A DNA stretch of 64,000 bases from Bacteroidales bacterium (GTDB lineage: Bacteria > Bacteroidota > Bacteroidia > Bacteroidales > UBA12077): NCBI GenBank assembly GCA_030611105.1, contig JAUWQL010000001.1, positions 5,531-69,530 on the forward strand, given 5' to 3'. Shown here piece by piece: positions 1 to 10,633 of the stretch. Position 1 is the first letter of the stretch; each line of letters starts with the position of its first letter. Made by a program: the position numbers and the translations under genes. The notes beneath the pieces were generated by a model, which saw only the letters and a program-made list of their open reading frames with translations, made no database searches and had not been told where the DNA came from.

Positions 1-180
1 TCAAATATTATTTTGCAAAACAATTTAAAATGCCTGAATGTGTTAAGATGTAATTTGTTTTAATATGACGTTTAAAAAGTTATTATCTAAAATTATATAT
101 ATCATTTTGTTTGAATAATTTTTATTCTATTTTTACGGTGTCTTAATTTAAATTTATAACTAAATCAAAAAAAAGTTAAC

Positions 181-1380
181 ATGGCAAAAAGGACAATAGT
201 TAAGATGCCCGGCGATGGTATCGGAAAAGTAGTTTTAGAAGAAACAATACGAGTTTTGGAAGCTGCTGGCTTTGAAGCCGATTATGTTGAAGGTGATATC
301 GGATGGGAATTCTGGTGTAAAGAGGGAAACCCTCTTCCACAACGAACACTTGATTTACTTGAAAAACATAAAATTGGCTTATTCGGAGCAATAACCTCGA
401 AACCAAAAGATGAAGCTGCAACCGAACTAATTCCTGAATTACAAGATAAAGGATTAGTTTATTCAAGCCCAATTGTTGGTTTACGTCAGCACTTTGGTTT
501 GGATATTTGTATGCGTCCGTGTAGAACATACAAGGGAAACCCTCTTAATTTTATTCGACGAGGACCTAATGATACAATCGAAGAGCCGGAAATTGATGCT
601 ATAATATTCCGCCAGAATACTGAAGGTTTATATGGAGGTGTTGAGTGGAGTAATCCTTCTGACACTGTTTATTACGCATTGATGACACATCCTAAATTTG
701 TTAAGAATTTTGGTAAAACTCCACGTGAGGAGATTTCTGTTTCGACTCGTATCTTTACAAAAAAAGCTACTGAAAGAATCTTAAGAGCTGCATTCAATTA
801 TGCAAAAGATAATGGATATAAATCTGTTACTCTTTGTGAAAAACCAAATGTGATAAGGGAAACATCAGGAATGATGTATAAAATGGCTCAACAAATTCAA
901 AAAGCTGATTTCCCTAATATTGAACTTTGGAATACAAATATTGATGCACAAATGATGTGGCTTACTAAGAATCCTGAAAATTACGGAGTAATTGTAGCAG
1001 GCAACATGTTTGGCGACATTGTTTCCGATGGTTTTGCCGGATTAATTGGCGGCTTAGGATTTGCATCAAGTGCACAAATGAACCCTGATTCAGGTTTAGC
1101 TGTTTTTGAACCTACTCATGGATCTGCTCCTAAATATGCCGATTACGAAACTTCAATTGTTAATCCAATTGCTATGATTGTATCAGCATGTGCTATGTTA
1201 GATTTTATTGGAGAAAAAGAAATTGCTGAAAAAATAGGTAAAGCAACGGCTGAAGTTATTGCAGAAGGTAAAGTTCGTACTTACGATATGATGAAAATGA
1301 CTGGTCGTCCGGACGTTGTTGAAAAAGGAGCTGCTTCTACTCAGCAAATGGCTGATGCTATTATTGCTAAATTAGCATAA
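181..1380 (+). CDS. isocitrate/isopropylmalate dehydrogenase family (beta-decarboxylating dehydrogenase)
   Basis: 399-aa ORF with N-terminal PGDGIG, GAITSKP and a C-terminal GNMFGDIVSDG motif typical of the family. A terminator hairpin follows. Confidence 0.8.
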   Translation: MAKRTIVKMPGDGIGKVVLEETIRVLEAAGFEADYVEGDIGWEFWCKEGNPLPQRTLDLLEKHKIGLFGAITSKPKDEAATELIPELQDKGLVYSSPIVGLRQHFGLDICMRPCRTYKGNPLNFIRRGPNDTIEEPEIDAIIFRQNTEGLYGGVEWSNPSDTVYYALMTHPKFVKNFGKTPREEISVSTRIFTKKATERILRAAFNYAKDNGYKSVTLCEKPNVIRETSGMMYKMAQQIQKADFPNIELWNTNIDAQMMWLTKNPENYGVIVAGNMFGDIVSDGFAGLIGGLGFASSAQMNPDSGLAVFEPTHGSAPKYADYETSIVNPIAMIVSACAMLDFIGEKEIAEKIGKATAEVIAEGKVRTYDMMKMTGRPDVVEKGAASTQQMADAIIAKLA

Positions 1381-1393
1381 TTATATAATTACA

Positions 1394-1428
1394 AAGAGGG
1401 TGTATTTAAAAGTGCATCCTCTTTTTTT
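1394..1428 (+). terminator. putative rho-independent terminator
   Basis: AAAGAGG...CCTCTTT stem followed by a T-run, directly after the stop at 1380. Confidence 0.5.
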
Positions 1429-1455
1429 AACCCTAAAAACTTAAACTACAATTAT

Positions 1456-1998
1456 ATGAATGCAAAGGTATTAGAATTATGGCCTGAACTGGAATGGATT
1501 CAGGATGAAAATTTAAGAGAGCAAACTGCAAAAACATGGGAATTAGCTTTAGAGCGAAGTGTTTTAACAGTTGAAGATCTTCAGACTATTCCTTTTACAT
1601 TATTAGTTCCTGTAAAAGTAACTTTTATGGCACATAAGCGTGCTGTTGTGCATATTGCCCGCGATGCAGGTAATAAATGTAACGAATTTTTTAAAGATGA
1701 TTTGCCTGTAAATATGGATGTGGTTATTGCAGGTGCAATTCTTGCTGATGTAGGTAAATTGTTAGAATACGAAATGGTTGACGGTAAGTCTGTTCAGGGG
1801 AGTTATGGTAAGTATTTACGACATCCGTTTTCAGGAGTTTCTATTGCCGAAGAATGTGGTGTACCTGCCGAGGTTTGTCATATTATTGCTACACATGCGG
1901 GCGAAGGAGATATGGTAAAACGTACAACCGAAGCTTATCTTGTGCATCATGCAGATTTCATGACATTCCTTCCTTTCAAGAGCAGATTACAAATATAA
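1456..1998 (+). CDS. HD-domain metal-dependent phosphohydrolase-like protein
   Basis: 180-aa ORF with H..HD-like residues (HIARDAG, IATHAGEGD, HHADF). Family-level call only. Confidence 0.55.
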   Translation: MNAKVLELWPELEWIQDENLREQTAKTWELALERSVLTVEDLQTIPFTLLVPVKVTFMAHKRAVVHIARDAGNKCNEFFKDDLPVNMDVVIAGAILADVGKLLEYEMVDGKSVQGSYGKYLRHPFSGVSIAEECGVPAEVCHIIATHAGEGDMVKRTTEAYLVHHADFMTFLPFKSRLQI

Positions 1999-2022
1999 AC
2001 TTTGGAAATAAAAATATAATTG

Positions 2023-2046
2023 AACCGCCTGATGGCGGTTTTTTTA
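2023..2046 (+). terminator. rho-independent terminator
   Basis: AACCGCC-TGAT-GGCGGTT hairpin followed by TTTTT. Confidence 0.7.
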
Positions 2047-2172
2047 TGCCTTAAAAAAAATTATGTATACGTAAAGAGTTATTTTATAATAATCTATTAA
2101 AATTTACGTTGGTAATTTTATAATAAATCGTTACTTTTATTAATCCTATTAATTAACCTAAAAATTTTGAAA

Positions 2173-5112
2173 ATGAAATTTAATTTTATTAAAATTTTAA
2201 GCCTTGTAATTATTTCCTTTCTTTTCAGTTGTCAGGAATCAGGCACTTATAAAACAATTAACAAAACTGATGCTAACGGATTTAACTATGAAACAGTAAA
2301 AGGTGATCCGTTAAAGGCCAGAATTTATACATTAGACAATGGCTTGAAAGTATATCTTGCACAGAATCAGGATCAACCTAAGGTTATGACTTTAATTAGT
2401 GTGAGAGCCGGATCAAAGAACGATCCAAGAGAAACTACCGGTTTGGCTCATTATTTTGAGCATATAATGTTTAAGGGAACAGACGAATTAGGAACTCTTA
2501 ACTGGGAAGAAGAAAGCAAATTAATCGCTCAAATATCTGATCTTTTTGAAAAAAGAATGAACATTGAAGATCCTGTTGAAAAAGCTAAAATTTATGAACA
2601 AATAGATAGCATATCACTTGTTGCTTCGACATATTGTGTTGCAAGTGAATATGTCAAAGCCGTTTCCTTACTGGGAGCACGATACACAAATGCTTTTACA
2701 AGTTACGAAACAACAACATATATGAACGAAGTGCCATCAAATGAGTTGGGAAGATGGTTGAAAGTTGAAAGAGAACGTTTTCAGGATCCTGTTATGCGAT
2801 TATTCCATACCGAGCTTGAAACTGTTTATGAAGAGTTTAATATGTATCAGGATAATGATTATAGCAACGCCTATAATGCAATGTTTAAAGCATTATTTCC
2901 AAATCATCCTTATGGAGTTAAAGTAATTGGGCTTGGTGAACATATAAAAAATCCTTCAATGGTTAACATTCAGAATTTTAAAGAGACTTATTATGTAGCA
3001 AATAATATGGCCATTTGTTTAATGGGTGATCTTAATTTTGAAGAAACCATAAAAATGATTAACGATGAATGGGGTGGTTTCCCAACAAACCCCGATTTAC
3101 CTGAATTCACTTTTGAACCTGAAAAAGAAATTGCTGAAGTTGCAGAGAAAGATGTATTTGGCCCTGATAAAGAGTTTATAAATATTGCATACAGATCAAA
3201 AAATAATAAATCAAAAGATGCAATGTACTTGCGTTTAATTGATATGATTTTAAATAACTCGGAAGCAGGCTTAATTGATTTGGATTTAGTAAAAAGTCAA
3301 AAAGTTCTAAAGGCAGGAAGTGGTTTTAATGCAATGAATGATTACGGAATTTTTTCATTAAATGGTTATGCACGACAAGACCAAACACTTGAAGAAGTTA
3401 AAGAGTTATTATTAGCTGAAATCGAAAAAATTAAAAATGGGGAGTTTGAAGATTGGTTAATTGAAGCTGTTATAAATAACCTGAAATTAAATGAATTAAA
3501 ACAAAATGAGTCAAATTGGGGCGTATTTACTTTTATGAATGCGTTTATCGCTCAAAAAGACTGGTTAGATGTAGTTAAGGAAATTGATGACTTAGAGAAA
3601 ATTACAAAAGAAGAATTGGTTCAGTTTGCTAATGAATTTTTCAAAGATAATTATGTAGTTATTTATAAAAGAAATGGTGAAAACAAAGATAAAATGATGG
3701 TTGAAAAGCCACCTATTTCACCTTTTGATGTAAACAGAGATAAAGAATCTGAATTTTTAGCTGCCTTAAAAGCTACAGAAATTGAAGATTTAAAACCTGT
3801 TTTTCTGGATTTTGAAAAAGATATTCAAAAAGAAAACCTGGCTGAAGGAGTTGAATACTTTTATACTCATAATCCAAAAAATGATTATTCAAGTATTTAC
3901 TATATAATTGATATGGGTAAAAATCATAGCAAGACATTACCTCTTGCTGTAGATTATTTAAAATATATTGGTACCGAAAAGTATTCTCTTGATGAGTTAA
4001 GTAAGGAATTTTATAAAATAGGTATAAGGTTTAGAGTATTTTCAAGTGACGAAAGATGCTATATTACCATAAATGGCTTAGATGAAAACATGGATAAGGG
4101 TATTGAACTTTTAGAACATGTTTTAGCAGAACCAAAAGCTGATAAGGAATCATATAATAAATTTGTTGATGGAATTCTGAAAAAAAGAGCTGATGCAAAA
4201 TTGGACAAACGAAATATCCTTTGGAGTGGAATGTACAATTATGCTAAGTATGGAGAAGAGTCGCCATATACCAATATTTTACCTGAGGATGAATTAAAAA
4301 ATTTGGATCCTGAACAACTTACAGGGGAAATTAAAAATATTACAAATTATAAGCACAAGGTTGTATATTATGGTCCTCGTAAGACAGAAGAACTTAAGAC
4401 TGTTTTATTAGCGCATCATGATGTAAAAAAAGAATTTAATGACATAAAAGAACCAAAGAAGTTTCCGGAATTAGATGTTAATGATACTAAAGTATTTTTC
4501 TGCGATTATGATATGATTCAGGCACAAATTGTATTGTTATCAAAAGATTCTAAGTTTGATGCTGCTAAACTTCCTGAAATTAAAATGTTTAACGAATATT
4601 TTGGTGGTTCGATGTCATCTATTGTTTTCCAGGAAATGCGCGAAGCTCGTGGATTGGCATATTCAGCATTTGCAAGTTATTCAATTCCACGAAAGTTTGA
4701 TAAATCAAATTATGTGTTTGGATTTATTGGCACTCAGCCTGATAAAATAAAAGCAGCTTTAGATAAATTCAATGAATTATTGAATAACATGCCGGAGTCG
4801 GAAAAATCATTTGATGCATCTAAAAAAGCTATTATTAAACAGTTAAATACTCAACGTATTATAAAAGATGATATTTTCTGGACATATATACGTAATCAGG
4901 ATCTGGGAATAGATTATGATTATAGAAAAGATGTTTATAATAAGGTTGAAGATTTCACATTGCCGGAATTAAAGCAATTCTTTGACGAAACAATTAAGGG
5001 CAATAAGTACAATATCCTGGTACTTGGAAATAAGAATTTAATTGATTTTAAAATGTTATCTAAATATGGTAAGATTCAGGAATTAACACTTGAAGAAGTA
5101 TTTAATTATTAA
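2173..5112 (+). CDS. M16 (insulinase/pitrilysin) family zinc peptidase, lipoprotein-like
   Basis: Inverted zinc motif HYFEHIMFKG (HxxEH) and a signal/lipobox-like N-terminus ending FSC. The track ORF opens at a TTG at 2167; the ATG at 2173 is the more likely start. Confidence 0.85.
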   Translation: MKFNFIKILSLVIISFLFSCQESGTYKTINKTDANGFNYETVKGDPLKARIYTLDNGLKVYLAQNQDQPKVMTLISVRAGSKNDPRETTGLAHYFEHIMFKGTDELGTLNWEEESKLIAQISDLFEKRMNIEDPVEKAKIYEQIDSISLVASTYCVASEYVKAVSLLGARYTNAFTSYETTTYMNEVPSNELGRWLKVERERFQDPVMRLFHTELETVYEEFNMYQDNDYSNAYNAMFKALFPNHPYGVKVIGLGEHIKNPSMVNIQNFKETYYVANNMAICLMGDLNFEETIKMINDEWGGFPTNPDLPEFTFEPEKEIAEVAEKDVFGPDKEFINIAYRSKNNKSKDAMYLRLIDMILNNSEAGLIDLDLVKSQKVLKAGSGFNAMNDYGIFSLNGYARQDQTLEEVKELLLAEIEKIKNGEFEDWLIEAVINNLKLNELKQNESNWGVFTFMNAFIAQKDWLDVVKEIDDLEKITKEELVQFANEFFKDNYVVIYKRNGENKDKMMVEKPPISPFDVNRDKESEFLAALKATEIEDLKPVFLDFEKDIQKENLAEGVEYFYTHNPKNDYSSIYYIIDMGKNHSKTLPLAVDYLKYIGTEKYSLDELSKEFYKIGIRFRVFSSDERCYITINGLDENMDKGIELLEHVLAEPKADKESYNKFVDGILKKRADAKLDKRNILWSGMYNYAKYGEESPYTNILPEDELKNLDPEQLTGEIKNITNYKHKVVYYGPRKTEELKTVLLAHHDVKKEFNDIKEPKKFPELDVNDTKVFFCDYDMIQAQIVLLSKDSKFDAAKLPEIKMFNEYFGGSMSSIVFQEMREARGLAYSAFASYSIPRKFDKSNYVFGFIGTQPDKIKAALDKFNELLNNMPESEKSFDASKKAIIKQLNTQRIIKDDIFWTYIRNQDLGIDYDYRKDVYNKVEDFTLPELKQFFDETIKGNKYNILVLGNKNLIDFKMLSKYGKIQELTLEEVFNY

Positions 5113-5131
5113 AATCAAATTTTTGATATAT

Positions 5132-5156
5132 AAAACCGCCTATATGGCGGTTTTAT
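5132..5156 (+). terminator. rho-independent terminator
   Basis: AAAACCGCC-TATAT-GGCGGTTTT hairpin after the stop at 5112. Confidence 0.7.
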
Positions 5157-5191
5157 TGTATATTTAACTGTCAAATAATTATATTACAATT

Positions 5192-5548
5192 ATGAGTTAC
5201 TATCAAAAAGCAAAAGCATTATTTAAAATGATTGAAGAAGGTAAGCTTTTAGATGCTTTAGATAAATATTATCACGAAAATGTAATTATAATTGCCGATG
5301 ATGGAAAAGAACGAAAAGGTATTGAAGAAGCCCGGGATTATGATAAGAAATTCTTAAAAGAAATACAGGAAGTAATGGGTGGTGGAGTAAAAACTATTAC
5401 ATCTGATGAAAAGAGAGCTATTACGATGGTTGAGTTTTGGATAAATATAAAATTTAAGAATGGCAATAAGATAAAACTTGAAGAAGTAGCAGTTCAATAT
5501 TGGGAAGGAGATTATATTATAAAAGAGAATTATTATTCAAAGAAGTAA
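5192..5548 (+). CDS. small NTF2/SnoaL-like fold protein (tentative)
   Basis: 118-aa ORF with good coding look. The resemblance to SnoaL-like proteins is by eye only. Confidence 0.4.
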   Translation: MSYYQKAKALFKMIEEGKLLDALDKYYHENVIIIADDGKERKGIEEARDYDKKFLKEIQEVMGGGVKTITSDEKRAITMVEFWINIKFKNGNKIKLEEVAVQYWEGDYIIKENYYSKK

Positions 5549-5558
5549 TTAATATATC

Positions 5559-5589
5559 AGACCTTAAGGTTTATAAAGCCTTAAGGTCT
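5559..5589. repeat. REP-like palindromic hairpin, upstream flank of the RAYT gene
   Basis: AGACCTTAAGG-TTTATAAAG-CCTTAAGGTCT: perfect 11-bp stem. A near-identical copy lies at 6186-6216. Confidence 0.7.
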
Positions 5590-5614
5590 AGTAAGTAAAA
5601 GTGAAAAATATTAA

Positions 5615-6178
5615 ATGAAACAGACATTTCTTGAAAAAGGAAAATATTACCACATTTACAATAAAGGCAGGCAAGACGAAAATATATTTCGTGAAAATGA
5701 AAATTACGCCCATTTCCTTAGATTATATGAGAAATATATTGATCCTATTGCTGAGACTTATGCATGGGTGTTATTAGGGAATCATTTTCATATATTGATT
5801 AAAACAAATACTACTAAAACAAGTAAACCGTTACATCAATATTTTTCTAATTTGTTTAATGCATATACTAAATCGTTTAATAAAAGATATGAGCGTTACG
5901 GACCTTTGTTTGTAAGCCCTTTTAATAGAATTGAAATTACTTCGAATAAATATTTTAAAAATTTAGTGCATTATATACATAACAACCCTGTACATCATGG
6001 TTTTTGTGAGCGTTTGCAAGATTATCCATGGTCATCATATGGGTCGGTAATATCATTAAAACCTACTAAGCTAAAAAGGGATAAACTTATAGGTTTTTTC
6101 GATACTACTGGTAATTTTATTGATTACCATAATAAAAAGCACGAATGGGAATATATAAAAGATCTGGTAATTGAATAA
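5615..6178 (+). CDS. REP-associated tyrosine transposase (RAYT, IS200/Y1 transposase-like)
   Basis: HUH motif in GNHFHILIKT and catalytic-Tyr motif in VHYIHNNPV. About 187 aa, flanked on both sides by the same hairpin. Confidence 0.8.
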   Translation: MKQTFLEKGKYYHIYNKGRQDENIFRENENYAHFLRLYEKYIDPIAETYAWVLLGNHFHILIKTNTTKTSKPLHQYFSNLFNAYTKSFNKRYERYGPLFVSPFNRIEITSNKYFKNLVHYIHNNPVHHGFCERLQDYPWSSYGSVISLKPTKLKRDKLIGFFDTTGNFIDYHNKKHEWEYIKDLVIE

Positions 6179-6185
6179 TTTTATC

Positions 6186-6216
6186 AGACCTTAAGGTTTA
6201 CAAAACCTTAAGGTCT
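6186..6216. repeat. REP-like palindromic hairpin, downstream flank of the RAYT gene
   Basis: AGACCTTAAGG-TTTACAAAA-CCTTAAGGTCT. It shares the ATCAGACC lead-in and orientation with the 5559-5589 copy. Confidence 0.7.
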
Positions 6217-6230
6217 AATATATGTAAGTC

Positions 6231-8276
6231 TTACCAAATAGATGCTCTTTCTTTCTCAGAAATATACAAATCATCGCCTTCTTCAACACCAAAAGCAGCA
6301 TGGAATTCCGGCATATTAGCAACAGGCCCGTTTACACGGTTTATTCCTAACGAATGAACATCTTCTTTTGTGCGGCGAATAATTTCCTTATCACGAGTAT
6401 TCTGTGCCCAAACTCTTGCCCAGCTTAAGAAAAATCGTTGATCAGAAGTATATCCTTCAATTAATTCAACTTGTGGATTTTCTTTTTGTGCATTTTGTAA
6501 TGCAGTATAAGAAATATTCAATCCACCTAAATCAGCAATGTTTTCACCAAGGGATAATTCCCCATTAGCATGTATGGTATCTATAACAATAATAGCATCA
6601 AATTGATCAACCAATACTTGAGTTCTGGCATTAAAATGTTCAGAATCATCATCAGTCCACCAGTTTGTTAAATTACCTTCTTTATCATATAATCTTCCTT
6701 TATCATCGAAACCATGCGACATTTCGTGGCCAATAACTGCACCAATAGCTCCATAATTAATTGCATCATCACCATCAAGATAGAAGAAAGGTGGCTGTAA
6801 AATACCTGCCGGGAAACAAATTTCGTTTAATGATGGAGCATAATATGCATTTACAGTATGGGCAGGAAAAAACCATTTAGTTTTATCAACAGGTTTTCCA
6901 ATTTCATTTAAATTGTCTTCTTTCCAAAATCTGTTTGCAGTTAACACATTTAGAACAAACACTTCTTGATCGACCTCAAGGTTTGAAAAATCTTTCCATA
7001 CATCAGGATAACCAATTTTTACATTCATTGAAACTAATTTGTCATTAGCTTTAAGCTTTGTCTCTTCACTCATCCATTCAAGATTATCAATTCTCTGACC
7101 AAGAGCAATTCTTAAGTTTTCAACTAATATAACCATTCTTTCTTTGGCTTCGGCAGGGAAGTATTTTTCAGAGAATTTTTGGCCAATAGCATCACCTAAT
7201 GCGCCATTTGTTGTTCCAAGTACCCTTCTCCAGCGAGGACGCATCTTCTCACTTCCTCTCATTGTTTTTCCATAGAAATAAAAGTTTTGTTCCTGAAACT
7301 CGTTTGATAAGTAATTTGCTGTAGTATTTAATAGATTCCAGTAAAAATAGGCTTTCCAATCTTCAACAGGAATTTCTGACATCATGTTATTTACTTCATC
7401 AAAGAACTTTGGTTGACGTACATTAATTTCACCATCGTATTTAAGATTTGAATTTGCTAAGTATGTATCCCAGTTAAAGTTTGAATACAATTCTTTTATT
7501 TCGTCCTGAGTTTTTTTGTTATAAGTAGCATGTGGATTTCTGTTTTCTAATCTTGTGAATGATGCTTCAGCTAACCGGGTTTCTATTTCCATTATAGTTT
7601 CAGCTCTAGGTTTTGCTTCTTCTTCTGAAATACCACTTAATACCATCATTTTTTCGAGATGTAAAATATATGCTTCACGTATTTCTTTCGAGCGGGGATC
7701 ATCATTTAAATAATAATCTCTATCTGACATTCCAAGACCACCCTGACTAAGGTGAGCAATATTCATTTCACTATTTTTAATATCAATTGATCCGAAAAAT
7801 CCAAAAACAGATCCAATACCGTGCATATGAAAATGTGCTAATTGATTTTGTACATCTTCAATAGTGTTGATTGATGCAATTCGATCAAACTCAGGTTTTA
7901 ACGGAGTTAATCCTTGTTCTTCTATTTTGGCTGAATCCATTCCTATTGCATAGAAATCACCAATCTTTTGTTCGTTAGTTCCTTTTTCGTATTTACCATT
8001 AGCAAGTTCTTCCAATAAAGTTTGAACCTTCATGCTGGTTTCTTTACCCAATTGATCAAAAGAACCATAACGACTTTCATCATCAGGGAGCGGGTTGTTT
8101 TTCATCCAGCCATTATTTGCATAATGATAAAAATCTTGAGCCGGATCTACTAAAATGTCAATTGAACTTACTTCTAATGTAATCTTTTCATCAACTTTTT
8201 GTTGATTACAAGCAGTTGTTAATGTCATACCAATAATTGCTATTAAAGCAAATTTTAATGTTAATACAAATTTCAT
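6231..8276 (-). CDS. M13 family metallopeptidase (PepO / endothelin-converting-enzyme-like), lipoprotein
   Basis: HEMSHGFD (HExxH) and ENIADLGG motifs, with an N-terminal signal ending TTAC. Confidence 0.9.
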   Translation of the reverse strand: MKFVLTLKFALIAIIGMTLTTACNQQKVDEKITLEVSSIDILVDPAQDFYHYANNGWMKNNPLPDDESRYGSFDQLGKETSMKVQTLLEELANGKYEKGTNEQKIGDFYAIGMDSAKIEEQGLTPLKPEFDRIASINTIEDVQNQLAHFHMHGIGSVFGFFGSIDIKNSEMNIAHLSQGGLGMSDRDYYLNDDPRSKEIREAYILHLEKMMVLSGISEEEAKPRAETIMEIETRLAEASFTRLENRNPHATYNKKTQDEIKELYSNFNWDTYLANSNLKYDGEINVRQPKFFDEVNNMMSEIPVEDWKAYFYWNLLNTTANYLSNEFQEQNFYFYGKTMRGSEKMRPRWRRVLGTTNGALGDAIGQKFSEKYFPAEAKERMVILVENLRIALGQRIDNLEWMSEETKLKANDKLVSMNVKIGYPDVWKDFSNLEVDQEVFVLNVLTANRFWKEDNLNEIGKPVDKTKWFFPAHTVNAYYAPSLNEICFPAGILQPPFFYLDGDDAINYGAIGAVIGHEMSHGFDDKGRLYDKEGNLTNWWTDDDSEHFNARTQVLVDQFDAIIVIDTIHANGELSLGENIADLGGLNISYTALQNAQKENPQVELIEGYTSDQRFFLSWARVWAQNTRDKEIIRRTKEDVHSLGINRVNGPVANMPEFHAAFGVEEGDDLYISEKERASIW

Positions 8277-8322
8277 TTTATAATTGATTTAATTAATAAA
8301 TTTTATTTTGAGCGGTGAATAT

Positions 8323-8360
8323 AAAAAAAGCTGCTCAATTATATTGGTTGAGACAGCTTT
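8323..8360 (-). terminator. putative terminator of the aminotransferase gene
   Basis: On the minus strand, AAAGCTGTCTCAA...TTGAGCAGCTTT is followed by a T-run. Confidence 0.5.
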
Positions 8361-8413
8361 AGTTATAAAAAGTTTAATGCCCGCCTGCCGGACGGGCAGG
8401 ATAATCGATAAAA

Positions 8414-9634
8414 TTATTCGAATTTTTTAAATACTTCTTTAATCTTATTCATAGCATCGCGTAATTGCTCTTCGGTGATTACCAATGGTGGAGCAAAACG
8501 GATAATATTACCATGGGTTGGTTTAGCTAAAACTCCATTTTCGGCCATAGCGACACAAACATCCCATGCAGTTTTACCTTCTTTATTTTTAATAACAACT
8601 GCATTTAACAAACCTTTACCACGAACTAATTCAATCATTTCAGAATCAATGCTATTGAATTCATCACGGAATATTTTTCCTAAACGCTCAGCGTTTTCTT
8701 CTAATTTCTCATCTTTAATTACATCTAAAGCAGCCATTGCAACTTTACTGGCAACTGGATTTCCTCCAAAAGTAGAACCATGTTCTCCGGGCTTAATAGT
8801 AAGCATAATGTCATCGTTAGCTAAAACAACAGACACAGGATATACTCCACCTGAAATAGCTTTACCCAGAATTAAAATGTCCGGTTTAACTCCTTCGTGA
8901 TCGCAGGCTAACATTTTACCAGTACGTGCAATACCAGTTTGTACTTCATCTGCAATAAAAAGAACATTGTGCTTTTTACACAGATCATATGATTTCTTTA
9001 AATAACCATCTTCCGGAACATAAACACCAGCTTCTCCCTGAATAGGTTCAACAAGAAAAGCAGCAACATTTGGATCTTGTAATTCTTTTTCTAATGCTTC
9101 AATATCATTGTAAGGAATTTTTACAAAACCTGGTGTATATGGTCCATAATCATTATATGCATCAGGGTCTGTTGACATTGAAATAATGGTAATGGTTCTG
9201 CCGTGAAAGTTTTCATTACAAACAATGATTTTTGCCTGATTTTGAGGAATACCTTTCACTTTATAACCCCACTTACGAGCAAGTTTGATAGCAGTTTCGT
9301 CTGCTTCAGCACCAGTATTCATTGGTAATACCTTATCAAAACCAAAATATTTAGTTATATATTCTTCATATTCACCTAAAACACTGTTATAAAAAGCTCT
9401 GGAAGTTAAGGTAAGTTTTTTAGCCTGTTCGGTCATTGCGTTTACAATTTTTGGATGGCAGTGACCCTGGTTAACTGCCGAATATGCCGACAAAAAATCA
9501 TAATATTGTTTTCCATCTGTGTCCCAAACATAAACGCCTTCTCCTTTTTCTAATACAACAGGAAGTGGATGATAATTATGTGCGCCATATTTATCTTCTC
9601 TGTTGATGTAATCCTGACTTGTCATTTTTGTCAT
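8414..9634 (-). CDS. rocD: ornithine--oxo-acid aminotransferase (class III PLP aminotransferase)
   Basis: 406 aa; [18 protein letters not shown] and LGKAISGG motifs closely resemble ornithine aminotransferases. Confidence 0.8.
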   Translation of the reverse strand: MTKMTSQDYINREDKYGAHNYHPLPVVLEKGEGVYVWDTDGKQYYDFLSAYSAVNQGHCHPKIVNAMTEQAKKLTLTSRAFYNSVLGEYEEYITKYFGFDKVLPMNTGAEADETAIKLARKWGYKVKGIPQNQAKIIVCNENFHGRTITIISMSTDPDAYNDYGPYTPGFVKIPYNDIEALEKELQDPNVAAFLVEPIQGEAGVYVPEDGYLKKSYDLCKKHNVLFIADEVQTGIARTGKMLACDHEGVKPDILILGKAISGGVYPVSVVLANDDIMLTIKPGEHGSTFGGNPVASKVAMAALDVIKDEKLEENAERLGKIFRDEFNSIDSEMIELVRGKGLLNAVVIKNKEGKTAWDVCVAMAENGVLAKPTHGNIIRFAPPLVITEEQLRDAMNKIKEVFKKFE

Positions 9635-9832
9635 AACTTTGATTTTTAAATTGTTATATATTTATTATAGATTTTTCCTTCAGCCTACAATTCTAAGAAA
9701 TCATTTCCTGATAATCAAACCTTAAACGAAGATTTTCTTTAAACATCTGATATTATATAACATATTTTAATCTAATTTGAAAATTCACGTCCTTAGGACA
9801 TGGTTATGTTTATTTGGCTAAGTCTTAATCTT

Positions 9833-9917
9833 ATGGAACGTTGGAATAATGGAATGATGTGCTTATCAAGGAAGTTTACAAACTCCAATATTCCAGTATT
9901 CCATAAATCCAGTATCA
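9833..9917. repeat. GGAAT-rich imperfect hairpin element (copy L)
   Basis: The arms TGGAACGTTGGAATAATGGAATG and CCAATATTCCAGTATTCCATAAATCCA are imperfect complements. It contains a 21-mer whose reverse complement recurs at 10646-10666. Confidence 0.5.
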
Positions 9918-10034
9918 TTTTTTAGAGCCCTTTGGGCTCATATTAAAGCCTCTTTCTTAGAGGGTGGATTCTTCACGTATTTTTTAAATGTTGAACACTT
10001 TTATTAACTTGGTGTTTGTATTATTATATTAAAA

Positions 10035-10589
10035 ATGTATACTATGATAAATATACATCAAGTAATTCGTGATAGATATAGTTCAGTAATTTTCTCGCCG
10101 AAACAAATAGAAGATGAAAAACTGGCTTCATTATTTGAAGCTGCTCGTTGGGCACCATCAGCTTTTAATGAGCAACCATGGAGATTTGTAGTAGGAGTGA
10201 AGAACAAAGATGAAAACTATCAAAAGCTTTTTGATTGCCTGGTTGAAGCAAACCGGTATTGGGCTAAATATGCTCCGGTTTTGGTTTTAAGTGTAGCTTT
10301 AAAAAACTCTACAGTAACCGGAAAACCCAATCATTTTGCACAGTATGACACGGGAATGGCTGTCGGTAATTTACTGGCACAAGCTACATCCTTGGGTTTA
10401 TATACACATCAGATGGGTGGATATAGCAAAGACAAAGCCAGAGAGTTTTTTGAACTTGGCGAAGAATATGAGCCTATAGCTGTTATGGCAATTGGTTATA
10501 AGGGTGATGTCGAATTATTTCCGGATGATTTGAAAGAGCGAGAATCTAAAAAACGATTTAGAAAATCTATGAATGAAATATTGCTTTAA
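10035..10589 (+). CDS. nitroreductase family protein
   Basis: 184 aa; RWAPSAFNEQPWRF is the classic nitroreductase N-terminal motif. Confidence 0.8.
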   Translation: MYTMINIHQVIRDRYSSVIFSPKQIEDEKLASLFEAARWAPSAFNEQPWRFVVGVKNKDENYQKLFDCLVEANRYWAKYAPVLVLSVALKNSTVTGKPNHFAQYDTGMAVGNLLAQATSLGLYTHQMGGYSKDKAREFFELGEEYEPIAVMAIGYKGDVELFPDDLKERESKKRFRKSMNEILL

Positions 10590-10633
10590 AACTGGTTTTG
10601 TAATTTAATAATTGAGTTCAGTATTTATTTTTT

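Noticed and set aside
200-529. Antisense ORFs nested inside strongly supported genes: 200-529, 8475-8900, 11650-12097, 15039-15227, 22369-22713, 31605-33599 (a set), 40513-41518 (a set), 44841-46493 (a set), 47050-47298, 48844-49447, 52861-53097, 62345-62629 and 63757-63999.
   Set aside because: Each lies entirely within a longer ORF on the opposite strand that has clear family motifs. Their translations are low-complexity or biased and show no recognisable motifs. They are typical shadow ORFs of AT-rich genomes.
1854-2054. 66-aa plus-strand ORF overlapping the end of the HD-domain gene.
   Set aside because: It is in an alternative frame of a better-supported gene and reads through the terminator hairpin.
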